From positions 128,677 through 192,676 of the forward strand of contig MU619262.1 of the NCBI GenBank assembly GCA_025201805.1: a DNA stretch of 64,000 bases, read 5' to 3'. Origin of the DNA: Parasitella parasitica NRRL 2501. Its lineage: Eukaryota; Fungi; Mucoromycota. This document shows, piece by piece, positions 50,880-62,782 of the stretch. A program made the translations under genes and the position numbers. Within the stretch, counting starts at the first letter, position 1, and every line of letters begins with the position of its first letter. The notes below the pieces were generated by a model. That model was not told the origin of the DNA, ran no database searches, and saw only the letters and a program-made list of their open reading frames with translations.

Positions 50880-51032
50880 ATGCATCATCACCATCATCAT
50901 CACCATCATCATCATGGTACTCTCCATATTGAGCACAGGTATTTTAAATTAAAAAAACAACAACAAGCGCTAGCTGTTCTATCTCAGCATAAACCTAGTG
51001 GATGCTTTACTCTTGCTGTTCTACATCATTGA
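50880..51032 (+). other. Candidate upstream ORF (50 aa) beginning M-His11
   Basis: ATG followed by 11 CAT/CAC codons; TGA lies 127 nt before the FOL3 ATG. It could be a chance microsatellite. Confidence 0.3.
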
Positions 51033-51159
51033 GCGGCGAAATGGGCATGATACTAATGACTGTTTTCCACGCCTTGTAGTCTACAATAGCGTAACATTTG
51101 AACGCAGCATCCCTTTTTTTTTTTTTTTTCCCTCATCTTCAAGGTACTGATCCTGGATA

Positions 51160-52398
51160 ATGAATTTCGGCCTTGAACGGATACATAGTCTACTCGAAGC
51201 TTTAGGCAGGCCGGATGAACGTACTCAGATTGTGCACGTTGCTGGAACAAACGGCAAGGGGTCTGTTTGCGCCTACATTGCTAGTGTGCTTGGGACCTGT
51301 GGATATTCAGTGGGTCGTTTTAATTCACCTCATTTGATTGAACCCCGCGACAGCATCAACGTCAACGGTCAGGCGGTTAGCCAACTGCTCTACGACGAGG
51401 CTTTCGCACATGTCCATCAGCTCAATAAAAAAGGAGCTATTGGTGCATCTTCATTCGAATGCCTAGTAGGCGCTGCATTCTATGTGTTTGATAAAGCAAA
51501 ATTAGACTTTGTAGTGCTGGAAGTTGGGCTTGGGGGGTTGTTGGATGCCACAAATGCAATCCGACATCCAGCAATGACAGTAATCACAGCCATCGGCTTG
51601 GACCATGCGCACATCTTGGGTCATACATTAGAGGAAATTGCTACTGCAAAAGCAGGTATAATGAAAACAGAATGTCCAGTCGTGATAGCACCACAAGATT
51701 CGAACAATGTCCTAGACACACTGATTCGCCATGCCGATAAAACCGGTGCTCCTTACAAGGTCGTACAGCCATCCGAGTTCATCAGATCCGATATCTGCCA
51801 ACTAGATTTTGATCAAGTGCACTACACATACCCGATTCGATTAGTGGGAGACTACCAGCGCATGAATTCAGCAACAGCAGTAACTGCATTAGACTGGATG
51901 TATCGCATGAAGCTTATTACAATGACACCTGAGCAATTAGCAGTCGGTATGAAGGAGACCCGCTGGCCCGGTAGACTGGACTGGGTGACTATAGGTAAAT
52001 ACGGCTTGCATCAAATCTTGGTTGATGGAGCTCATAACCCGCCTGCAACAATCGCGCTACGGGAATACATTGACAGTCTCGCAAAAAGCCGAGTGATTTG
52101 GATAATCGGATCCACGGCTGGTAAAGATTTACATGCAATGATGCAGGAATTGATCCAGCCACAAGATGCTGTATTTGCAGTGACATTTACCCAGCCTGCT
52201 GGCATGCCCTGGATCAAAAGCAGCTCGCCTAGTGACATTGCTAAAGAGGCCGCACAAGCGCAATATGTGGAATGCTGCTCCGGGTTGGATGATGCGCTAC
52301 ACAAAGCTGGGAAAATGTTTACCGAAAACGATGTTGCTGTACTATGTGGCTCCCTCTATTTGGTTGCTGATCTTTATCGCAAACTATCTCTTGAATAA
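51160..52398 (+). CDS. FOL3: Dihydrofolate synthase / FolC family
   Basis: HVAGTNGKGS, FNSPHL, EVGLGGLLDATN, DH, WPGR, DGAHN and CGSLYLV motifs; intronless. Confidence 0.88.
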   Translation: MNFGLERIHSLLEALGRPDERTQIVHVAGTNGKGSVCAYIASVLGTCGYSVGRFNSPHLIEPRDSINVNGQAVSQLLYDEAFAHVHQLNKKGAIGASSFECLVGAAFYVFDKAKLDFVVLEVGLGGLLDATNAIRHPAMTVITAIGLDHAHILGHTLEEIATAKAGIMKTECPVVIAPQDSNNVLDTLIRHADKTGAPYKVVQPSEFIRSDICQLDFDQVHYTYPIRLVGDYQRMNSATAVTALDWMYRMKLITMTPEQLAVGMKETRWPGRLDWVTIGKYGLHQILVDGAHNPPATIALREYIDSLAKSRVIWIIGSTAGKDLHAMMQELIQPQDAVFAVTFTQPAGMPWIKSSSPSDIAKEAAQAQYVECCSGLDDALHKAGKMFTENDVAVLCGSLYLVADLYRKLSLE

Positions 52399-53744
52399 AA
52401 CTATAAATACAGTGTGCAAGAAAAATGAGCCGGTCCAACATGGAGCGTACATGATATACCAGTGGGGGGGGGCACATGAATAGCCGACGTTTTCTGGGTT
52501 CCTCTAGGATTTGCTTCCCTGATACCAGGGCGAGCCTTGAGTCTATTACCTCGGATTCAGAGAGTGTTTCCTGCTGTGCAAGTTTTTAGCGGTGGACGGC
52601 TTCCTCGAACATTTGCCTAGCTTTAGCACACTCCTGCACAGGATGTACGCATGCTGTGCAAATGCCGTTTTGTTTTCCATGTCAGTTGCGCACCTGAGCC
52701 ATTTGAACTTGACACGAATGAGGCATTTTCCACAAAGTCTAGAATAAAAATAAAGGGGTAAAGAAAAATATTTTTGCTGTCAGGAGGGAGGAGGAGGAGG
52801 GGGGGGGACAATTTTTAGCTAAACGACTGATGTTGTGATAGTCGTGAGTCTAAATTCTTCAAAGACTGATGGAAAACTGTACACGTATATACAGGATGGC
52901 AATACTAGAGCTCAATGCGATTACGGCAGAATGGGTAATGGAGGCAAATGTTCCTTCTATTGATTGGAGAGCCAAGTCTATGGGTTAGAGGCCCACTTTA
53001 TCACTATTTCTCTTGCAAAAATCGTTCATCAGCAAAAGAACAACAGATGCTTACAGAGTGTCTGTCGGTAACAAATATGGATTAGCTTTAGCCAAAAAAA
53101 AAAAAAAAAAAAAAGATCCTTGGCTATCTCCATTACCTCGACAAGGATGTTGAGATCAGAAGCTTGATACTGTTGCAGGTCCACTAACGCCAGCGTCTTG
53201 TCGCATAATAAATATACTAAAAACTTGAAAGGTTGTCAGAGCAGAAAGTAATATACAACTCTTGTTCATGTTTAGAAAAAAAAACAAGGCATTTTTTCAG
53301 TTTACTAAGCTACCAATTTACCATGGCATTCAACTTTAATTCAGTAAATTGCTTGCCTACGGGCAACTCTCGAGTTTTTCAAAGATAGCAAACGTCTAGT
53401 TAGATAGCACGAATAACAACCTGCGGCGGCTTGGGGTTAAGCAAACAAAGCAAAGCAACTGGCATTCAAGGAGCCGCCACACAAGCCCAGGTAAGGGCTA
53501 GATATGCCATCTGTTGAATGAGCCATCTGCAAGATGTAGCACAAATGCAAGTTACCAAAGACACTAATGTGCAAGTGTTGAAGACGCAATTTGGCCAATT
53601 AAATCCACACAAACTCCAAAAAAAAAAAAAAAAAAATAGGTACCGTGAGCACTATTTGTGTATATTTTTGAGGTATATATATATATTTCTGTTTTCAAGT
53701 TTCTTATATTTTTCCTTTTTCTTTCTCGTTTTCTACACTATATC

Positions 53745-55147
53745 ATGCCTATGATGAACCGTTACCATCATGCATTCGTCTCTATACATTCAAAACGACT
53801 CATTCGCCCATTGCTGACGTCTTGCTCTTTACACACCTGTGCCGCAAACAGATCGGTTGCAGCGATTTCACCACAAGAAAAACCTCGCACAAACCTTAAT
53901 GTGATTGATTTCTTCCATCCTTCACTTTCATCGACTCTATTTCATTATACACTCAATCTTGGCGTATCTGGCTATCCAAAGGCAGGCAAACCCGTGGAGC
54001 AAATTGACGATTTAAACATATATTCCAGTATTCAGGTCGGTGATGACGCTTATTTCAAACGTCAAGATGCGTTGGGCGTTGCTGACGGTGTAGGCGGTTG
54101 GCGATCCCACAAAGGTATGTGTAGAGAGTTCAGCTGTTATCGATGGTATATTTATCGTGGTTTTTCCGTTTTCATCCCCCCCCCCCCTCCCAACCACCAT
54201 CACCCCTTGCTTTTTTTTTTTCGTATTATATTTAGGTGCCAACCCTGCTTTATACTCACGTAAATTGATGCACTACGCCCAAGTAGAGCTGGATCGTATC
54301 AAAACAAATGTTAGACCTCAGCAAATGCAAGCAAAGCCAGACCCAATTCAAGTATTAGAGAGCGCTTATCATATGACGACTTTAGATGCACAAAATGAGG
54401 TATAAACTGGAAAAAGAACGGGATAATGTAGGGAAAAATTAATATACACTCTATTACATAGGGTATAGTTGGTTCTACAACGGCCTGTATTGTTATATTA
54501 TGTCAAGATGAGCTTCGCATAGCAAATCTGGGTGATTGCGGTGTCTCAGTTATTCGACGGAACGACTATATATTTCGATCTGAGGAACAGCAGCATTCAT
54601 TCAACTTTCCTTATCAACTAGGCACAGCATCCTTTGATTCCCCGCACGATGCACAGGTAAAATATAAATCCTTACTTTATATCATTTGATATTCACGTAT
54701 ACGATAGCAATTCACAGTCAAAATAGAGGAAGGGGATATCGTTATTCTTGGGTCTGATGGATTATTCGACAACTTATACGACGATGAAATCTTGGAAGAA
54801 GTACAAAATTGTATTGATCAGCAGGCTGACGAAAAATCGGACAAGAATAATGATGATGATGATCAAAAATTGATTATACACAAAGTTGCACCCCAAAGTA
54901 TATCGGATGCTTTGGCTTGGCGAGCGAGGGTAGTGAGCGAAGATCCAGATAACCCTAGTTCTCCATTTCAGGTAAGAGCGATGCACGAGGGTCTATATTA
55001 TCAGGTAATAAATACAACATTGGCATCGGATTCTCTGGCTAACTGATTTAATTGCAGGGCGGAAAAGCAGATGATATAAGTGTTATTGTAGCGATAGTGA
55101 AAAAGGATGAGCAGCCACCTGAACCATCGCCCCCACCTTTACCGTGA
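53745..55147 (+). CDS. PTC7: PTC7-type PP2C protein phosphatase, probably mitochondrial
   Basis: Presequence-like N-terminus; GDDAYF, GVADGVGGW, GSTTA, ANLGDCG, QQHSFNFPYQLG, GSDGLFDNL and GGKADDISV motifs. Confidence 0.9.
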
Positions 55148-56239
55148 ATCAGAATACCTATCATTATATTCATTTATTTTGCATATTTTTAATCATCATA
55201 TTCTTAACATGGCGACGACTATCACTTTATGCTTATTTTTTATATCCATTCCTATTACCCTATTGCCTTTTATTTATTGTAAATACCAAAATTCAATCCT
55301 TTTCTTCTGTATATTTTATGCAAGCTTTTTTCATTTGTTTTTCAAAACAAGAAACAAAAAACAAAAACAAATAAAGGAATCTTTAAAGTTTTCTTCTCAT
55401 CTATAATTCGAACATAATCTTGTATATCTCGGAACCAATCTTTCGAGGAGATTGCAGTACATACTTTGGAGAGAATCGATCTTTTTGCAACTAGAAATAT
55501 TGCGTGTTTCAATTGAGCCGCAATTTAACATTAGACTAATGCTAATGCATATTTGGAGATTTTGTGAATTTTAGACATGAATATAATAATGTTCCAATTT
55601 GTCTGGTTCTTCTGGTACAAGCGAAAACACAGCATTTGTGTAATCCAATATTATGGTCAGCTGATTAGATTGCTAAATGCAGATTGCACTTTGCTGTCAA
55701 GCCGCTCTCCTTTGTTTCAGTAAAAATAGTAAAAAGGGAAAATATCAGGATTTCTGTTATAAATATACAACTAAATTTAAATCTTTATTTTTTTTGTAAA
55801 AAGAAGAAGGAAAAAAAAAAAAGATACTCGTAAATGAAAAATGAGCTTATTGCAAACAGTAAACATACAGACCAGGATTGAAAGAAAAGAAAGTCGACAG
55901 ACAGTGAGTTTACTACTGCAAATACATGTACGGTACATGGCCCAAAAAGAAAGTACATATACTCATAATAGGTATAGAGCCCATAGAGCTCCAGCCTTTC
56001 TGTGATTCTTTAAAGGGCTTCAATGACAGCTGGATAAACCGATGCGGCGAGGAAATAGATCTCTTGTTTGATGGAACATGTTTTGCAAGACAAAGATGCA
56101 GTTAGGGTAGGTACAGACAGTAGTTCCAGCTGAAGGCCTGGGCGCTTTCGTACTGGGAGAATCAGCTTTTGGTTGCTGCAGCTTTGCTTTTTCCTGACCA
56201 ATAATTCTGTCAATAATCTTTTTTTTTTTTTTTATCAAG

Positions 56240-57697
56240 GAGGCAGTCTTGAGTTTATGAGAAGACGAGATCTTTAGTGAACGATGTTGAAGAATCGAGA
56301 GACATCACTCCAGCTTAATACAGATTGTATTTGCACTTGACCATGAACAATCTTATACATTTTGCCTTTATAGCTTCAACGCGGTTTTTTCTTTTTTTAT
56401 AAAAGAAAACAAGAACATGTCTGATTTAAAAGCAATGATCATAAGCAAATGCTTACAGCAAGTACACAAGTAATAAAATAAATTACTTTGTTTATTGCAA
56501 TTGAATATAAATAATTAAATAAACTTCAAGTCTCCCTTAGTTTCAAAGCAACAAGCTTTTACTTACGGGAATACCACGAGAAGGTGAAGAATATTTATTC
56601 TCAACCCCAAGATCCTCAAGCAAGATCCCCACGGCAGGTTTAATCTAGCATTGGGATGAATCAAGATTTCAGTGTAGGGCTGAGTGTCCAAATAGATATT
56701 TTTTGCAGCTTAAAAACAAAAACTTGAGCTTCCTGTGCCATTTTTGACTGATTTTCATAATTTAAAGTGCCCTGAAAACGCCAGAAATAGTATCCATCGG
56801 GAAAAGACTATATTATATATGATTTTGGTGCAATTTGAGCATGATTTTTTTTTCGATGCAAAATGACGGATTTTTTCAATTTTTTCCTTGTATCCACACA
56901 TCCAAAATCATCGATTATGCATTATCCTCGATTTTGACCCCAAAAATGCAACTTTTTACTATAGCATATATTGGAGGAAAACGCTCGTAAAAGGCCATTC
57001 CTTGATCTGAATGCCTAGGAATGCGCTCTAATTAAGCACAATATTGACTTTTCGCTCTTAATCTGTATTTGAGATTTTTTGGCAGAATTCCTTCCATAGG
57101 CATACGGGGATTATAAAAATAACACCATCGTGTAGAGCGCCCAAAAATACAGCTATTATCATAGATTGACACCAGTGGTATGCATAGTATCAGAAGATGA
57201 TATCTTGCCTCAAAAGAGTAACTTTGATTTCTTTTTGTCCAAATCGAGTTTCTGAAAGAAGTTTTCCTTCCTGATTTTGGACGCGTTTAATCTCCGCTAT
57301 CAAAGAAAAATGATGTTTTTTTGAAGAAAGAATTAGCTTTGTGAAGCCATAGCTTACCCAATTCAAGAAAAAAATTATTGTAACATAGTTTATTCAAATG
57401 TTGCGCTTCTTGGCTTTCTAATGGTAGTAGCTGCATGTCTGTAACTGGCCTGACAATCTCACGCTCCGATTTTGAAAAATACGTTTCCAGGAAAAAGTCA
57501 AAAAAAGTCGTTGCCTTCAACTGATGACAACTTAAAACGTGCAAAAACTTGCTCTAAACTATGCAAATATGTGATCATAAGGTGCTTTATAGTCTAATGC
57601 AATACTTTGAATTAATTTTTTTAGTGTTTGAAATCTCTAAACATTGTTTTCTTACTGTTTTCGTCTTTTTTTCTGACAACAGCACACTGAAGTTCGC

Positions 57698-57732
<35 letters not shown>

Positions 57733-58720
57733 CCTGAATTCTACGCTGGCTTTACAAAGACACACACTTTTGAACCATTCCAATAGTATGGAAAAGATGG
57801 CACAGGTTTGACCATTTGTTCTATTGTGCAACTAGATATAGAGAACTTAGTTTGGTACTTGTCTGACAAGACCTTCTACACTAGAAGACGCCAGAGAAAA
57901 GGAAGCAATCTGCCACCAGGATAATACACCCATCATAAAAGATTATTTATGCAGGAATTTAAGAAATTCCAAGGACATGAATGTGTTTATCTTCAAGCTT
58001 GCTCTTCGTTCCTGAATCCAATTAAAGATTTTTTGATCCAAAATCAACAGACATACTTGAACCCAGAATCACAGATGTTTGTCACTAGGCAACCGTTACC
58101 TTTTTGAAAAGACTACCTTGAACTTAAAGATATGATATATATAGCTTATTTCACAACGCATCCTCCTTTTATTTGCAATCACCAGTAAAAGCAGTTTTTG
58201 GTCATCAACTAGGTACTTGGTAACAATGGTTCTGTATCTTAAAGAAGCATAATGACTATCACTTAAACTATATTGTTCAACAAATTTCTTCAAAAAAATG
58301 TATTCTTATTCTCAAAGTACTACTAAGCATCATAACTCAACTGTCTTTTTCTCTCCTTTAAATTAGGATGCTTAATGTTGTAATGGGAGAAGAGGTTGAC
58401 AAGTGATCACTTCAATTGACTTGACAAGTGCCGCTTGAAATCCAGCTACTAGCAAAGATAACGTGTTCCAACAGTTTTCTCTTTTCCTTCTACTCATTGG
58501 TTTAAAGCGACATGAAAGATGCTTGCAGCTTGTAGGTTAGGAAACTGACTGAACGTTCTCGATACTGCCCTTGTTCTGAAAGCTTTTTTAAGCTTGAAGC
58601 TTGGTAGCGGGTTCTTTTATGTTAACGGGATGCTTGCAGCTTGTAGGTTAGGAAACTAACTGAACGTTCTCGATACTGTTCTCGTTCTGAAAGCTTTTTA
58701 AGCTTGAAGCTTGGCAACAG
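56240..58720 (-). mobile_element. Probable heavily decayed TnpB/Fanzor-like element relic
   Basis: Ordered degenerate motifs on the minus strand across frameshifts and stops: MHTTGV, G-I-[2 nt]-D-Q-G, WMCGY, LNY..Q..KKY, LVA, CTCCK and WSDVSRFFNI. Recognised by eye against remembered family motifs; the boundaries are approximate. Confidence 0.4.
58518..58714. repeat. Tandem direct duplication (about 87 bp core, 111 bp period)
   Basis: GATGCTTGCAGCTTGTAGGTTAGGAAACT...AGCTTGAAGCTTGG occurs at 58518 and again at 58629 with few mismatches. Confidence 0.9.
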
Positions 58721-59354
58721 GTTTCTGTTTTGCTTAAAACCTATTTTTTTTTATTCGGTAAGTTAAAAGCGAACATAATATTAACGTTGTTACTTACTAT
58801 CGGTCCATTTTATTTATGTTTTTGCACCTGTGAGGAGATAACTAAAGTTCATCTAATTTCAGGGCTAGATTGCAAGTAATGAATCCCTTTCATTATGATT
58901 GGATTTCTCTTCACAAAGCCCACTTACAGTCTTTGAATGGAAGAGACGCTTGCAACCCGCTGCCTTTGGTGAACATCCTTGAATATGTGTACTGACTGGT
59001 GTTTAAATTACACCAGGATCTGTTTTACAGTCTATTGGATTCATCGTTTACACTACCATTGTGGTTCTTTTTTTTTTTAATAAAGGTTTTTATTATTTGC
59101 TACGCGTGCATGACTGTAGCAAAATAGTAATCAAGAGGCGGGCGTTAGGTTCAATACAAATAAAAGAAATTCTGAAACTAAACAAAATGACTTGTCGAGT
59201 CGGATGTTGGAAAGGAACACATAACCGGGTTCCATTAGCGTAATAAGGTGGCATTTTTACACTTTTAGCTTCAGTTTTTTCGGGCGCGCGTTTCTTTGTT
59301 TTAGGCATTTTCTTAATCGCCGTGTTTTTTCCTGTTCCAAATTCTTTTCTAATC

Positions 59355-62300
59355 ATGTTCACTAAAAGAGAGCGCCCGCTTGATTTCTTTGACGAAGAAG
59401 AAGATGATTTAGACTACCTGATCGAAGCCAGTATTGAAAATAGTAGCAGCAAGGAGAATGACATTGTTGGGCTAGATGATTACTTGAAACAGACACCTGG
59501 TAGCAACCACAAGCCAAGTAAGCAAGACACACACACAGCCACAGACAAGAGCAGCTTCTAACATTGAATTCCTAGATCAAAGTAACTATGATCCAGCAAG
59601 CTTCGCTGGTAACTTTGGCGACTACGGTCAGCTTGACAATAGCACTTTTAATGAAGAGGATTTGTTTGTGCAGGCAGATCCCATCTCGTCGCATGGTGAG
59701 TCAGTTACGAGGGCCATGTGTGATATGGACATTGACGACAATGAAGACGATGGCTACGAAATCGATTTGACTGGAGCTGAGAGGATGCCAGACGTCGAAT
59801 CTTACAGTATTATCAAGACAAACAAAGTAATCAACTACACGCAGATTCCTGACAATGGAGCCTTCGTTTCCGCTACCTGCCCAGTCACCAACTCATCCTT
59901 ATATTTCAGTAAAAGAACACCAACAGATTTGAAGCGTCGGCAAAAAGAGTTGAATGACAAGGCCATTAAAAAAACGAATAGATCATTATTGCCAAAGCCT
60001 CTCTGGCAATTGAGAAAAGAGATTGAGAAAAACAACCTAGAGGAATTGAAAAGGATTGAAAAGTGTGTTTGCAGACAGCAGCAGATTGAATTGTATATAC
60101 TAATACAGTTTTGCTTTCAAGGGAGATCGAAGAATCAAGAAGCAGGAAAAAGAAAAAAGTGCAACCCAAAGATGATTCAGGCCAGCTTTGGGTCGATAAA
60201 TATCGCCCCTCGTCTTACATGGATCTGATGGGTGACCAACGTGTCAATCGAGACGTGCTGCGATGGGTTAAGCAATGGGATCACTGCGTGTTCAAGAAAT
60301 CAGCCAGGATAGAATCACAACGTGATAAACAATTGAGACATTACAAAAGCACATTTGGTATAACGCCCAAGTTTGCTGCCTACAAGAAAGATGTCAAAGA
60401 AACAAGCGACCCGTTGTTAAGACCAGAAAAGAAGGTAGATTACACAGGAAAGTGCATGCGAGGTACGCTAAAACCAGCTGTAGATTCTGTTAATGTCGGG
60501 TCCTCCTGGCTTCGGTAAGACTACATTAGCTCATGTCGTTGCTAAACAGGCAGGATACAACATAATTGAAGTGAATGCCAGTGACGATAGAACGGGTGAG
60601 GTGGTCAAATCAAAGATAAAATCTTCGTTGGAGCATCAGGCGATCATACGAGACGTGAATGTAAAGGAAGAAAAACGGGAAATGTCAATGTCATCAAAGC
60701 CTAATATATTGATCATTGATGAAATTGATGGGGCCAGTGCTGGAGGTGGCCAGGATGTAAGTTCTTATAGTGTTGTTGTTTTTTTAAAAAAAAAAAAAAA
60801 AAAAATCTCCTCATTATTAATTCACTGGATTTGAGTAGAGTTTTATCAAGCAGTTGGTTCAACTCGCCACTGCCGAAATTGGTAATGGAAAAACAGGTAA
60901 GTTGCGCATTATTATCGCTTAGAGGATTATACCAAGTAGACTGGTGTAGGCAAAAAAAAGGGACCAAAACCTTTACTTCGGCCGATCATTTGTATTTGTA
61001 ACGATGCGTAAGTTTACTGAAACAATTGCTCACACACCCTTTGACTCTCGACTTTAGATATGCGCCTGTTCTTCGACCTCTTCGTATGGTTGCCGAGCTA
61101 GTGCAGTTTAAAAAAGTGCCAATGATGTCCTTAGCAAAGAGATTGCAGAATATTTGTGACAATGAAGGATTAGACAGTGATTTGAGAACGTTGAGCATTT
61201 TGTCAGAAACCACGGATGGCGATTTAAGAAGCTGTTTGAACACTTTGCAAGCAAGTTGTTGGTCGTTACAAGCCTATATTTATTTTCTAATGTTCCAGCT
61301 TAGTTTGTTAGGGGTAAAAGCACGGTTCTCACTCGGGATATGTTGAAAGAGGCAGGCATTGGTAAAAAGGATATGGGCCAATCCTTGTTCTCTATATGGG
61401 AAGATTTGTTTTCTGCACCAAATGCCCGTCTGAAGAACTCGCTCAACAAGGATGACGTTGGTAGGCAACAAACATAAATGCTTATAGTACATGTATTAAC
61501 ATACAAACTGAGCTAGATAATAACAAATACATGGACAGACTGACAACTGCAATAATGTCAAATGGTGAAATCGAAAGAATAATGCAAGGCTGTTTTGAGG
61601 CATACCCCATGATGAGATTCCATGATGTAGCACTCGAAAAGTTTTGCTTTATTGGGGAATGGCTTCATTTCTACGACCAAGTCTATCATAGAACCAACGA
61701 AAAGCACGAGTATGAAATGTTCAAGTATCTGCCATATCCTATTGTCAACTTTCATCGATTTTTTGCTGGTGCTGTGGTGCAAGAACATCGAGTCGAATAT
61801 CCTAGAGTCGATTATGAAATCTACTCTACCAAAAAGTCATATGAAAACCTAATTGAGGTGTTTTTGGCTGGTATTCACCCTCAAAAGAGGAGGTTTTTGA
61901 ACCATGATATGATTGCTAATGAGCTTGTTCCTTTGTTGATGCATGTTATTTCACCCGATTTGAAGCCAGTAGGTGATATACGGCACAATTTGAAATGTTG
62001 ACCTGAGCTAAAGCCAATGATAGGTGAATCAACAACTAATCAAACCAACAGAAAAAGCAAAGCTAGATAGATTAGTTCGCATTATGATTGAGTTTGGGCT
62101 TTCTTATGTGCAAGAAAAGAATGAAGACGGACAATTTGTGTTTAAGCTTGAGCCGTAAGAGAAGAAACAGAGTAATCGTGCAGTGTAGCTAATGATTGAT
62201 CAAACAGACCGGTGGAGCAACTTTTGAATTTTAACTTGTCGAGTCCAAAATCCATACTTCCAAAGCAATATGCTGTTAGACAAATGATTTCGCACGAGGT

Positions 62301-62774
62301 ACGAATGCAACATTTACACAAAAAGTAGACTAAAATATCTCTGAAATCAGATTGACACCGAAATACTGCGAAGAAGAGAAGAAGCCTCGCAATTACGAAA
62401 CAAAGGAAATGAAAAAGCATCAGACGCCGGGTAAGTCAAGCAAATGCATATGAACCATGCACTTGGAATATTCAAACTTCCATACTAGACTTATTCCAAA
62501 CAAAATCAAGAAGAAAATAGCAACAGAAAAGCAAATTTCGCTTGATTTCTTTGGCCGTGCAATTGTGTCTAAAGACGAGACTTTGAAAACAACAAAGAGC
62601 CTTAAAATGAAAGGTAAATTACTGTTACATGGAAGCATGTTGATTATAAAATTGATCCTTTTTTTTTTTTCTTTTGTCTTAGTTGATACACCTAAAACAA
62701 GTGTATTTTATAGATACCATGAGGGGTTTTCAAATGCTGTTAGAAAACCAATGACAGTGCAAATGTTTCTTTAA
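59355..62774 (+). CDS. CTF18: Chromosome transmission fidelity protein 18 (alternative RFC large subunit), multi-exon
   Basis: LWVDKYRP, WVKQWD, GPPGFGKTTLAHV, EVNASDDR, IIDEIDG, RPIICICND, DLRSCLNTLQ; C-terminal DFFGR and YHEGFSNAVRKP. Confidence 0.93.
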
Positions 62775-62782
62775 TAAAAAGC

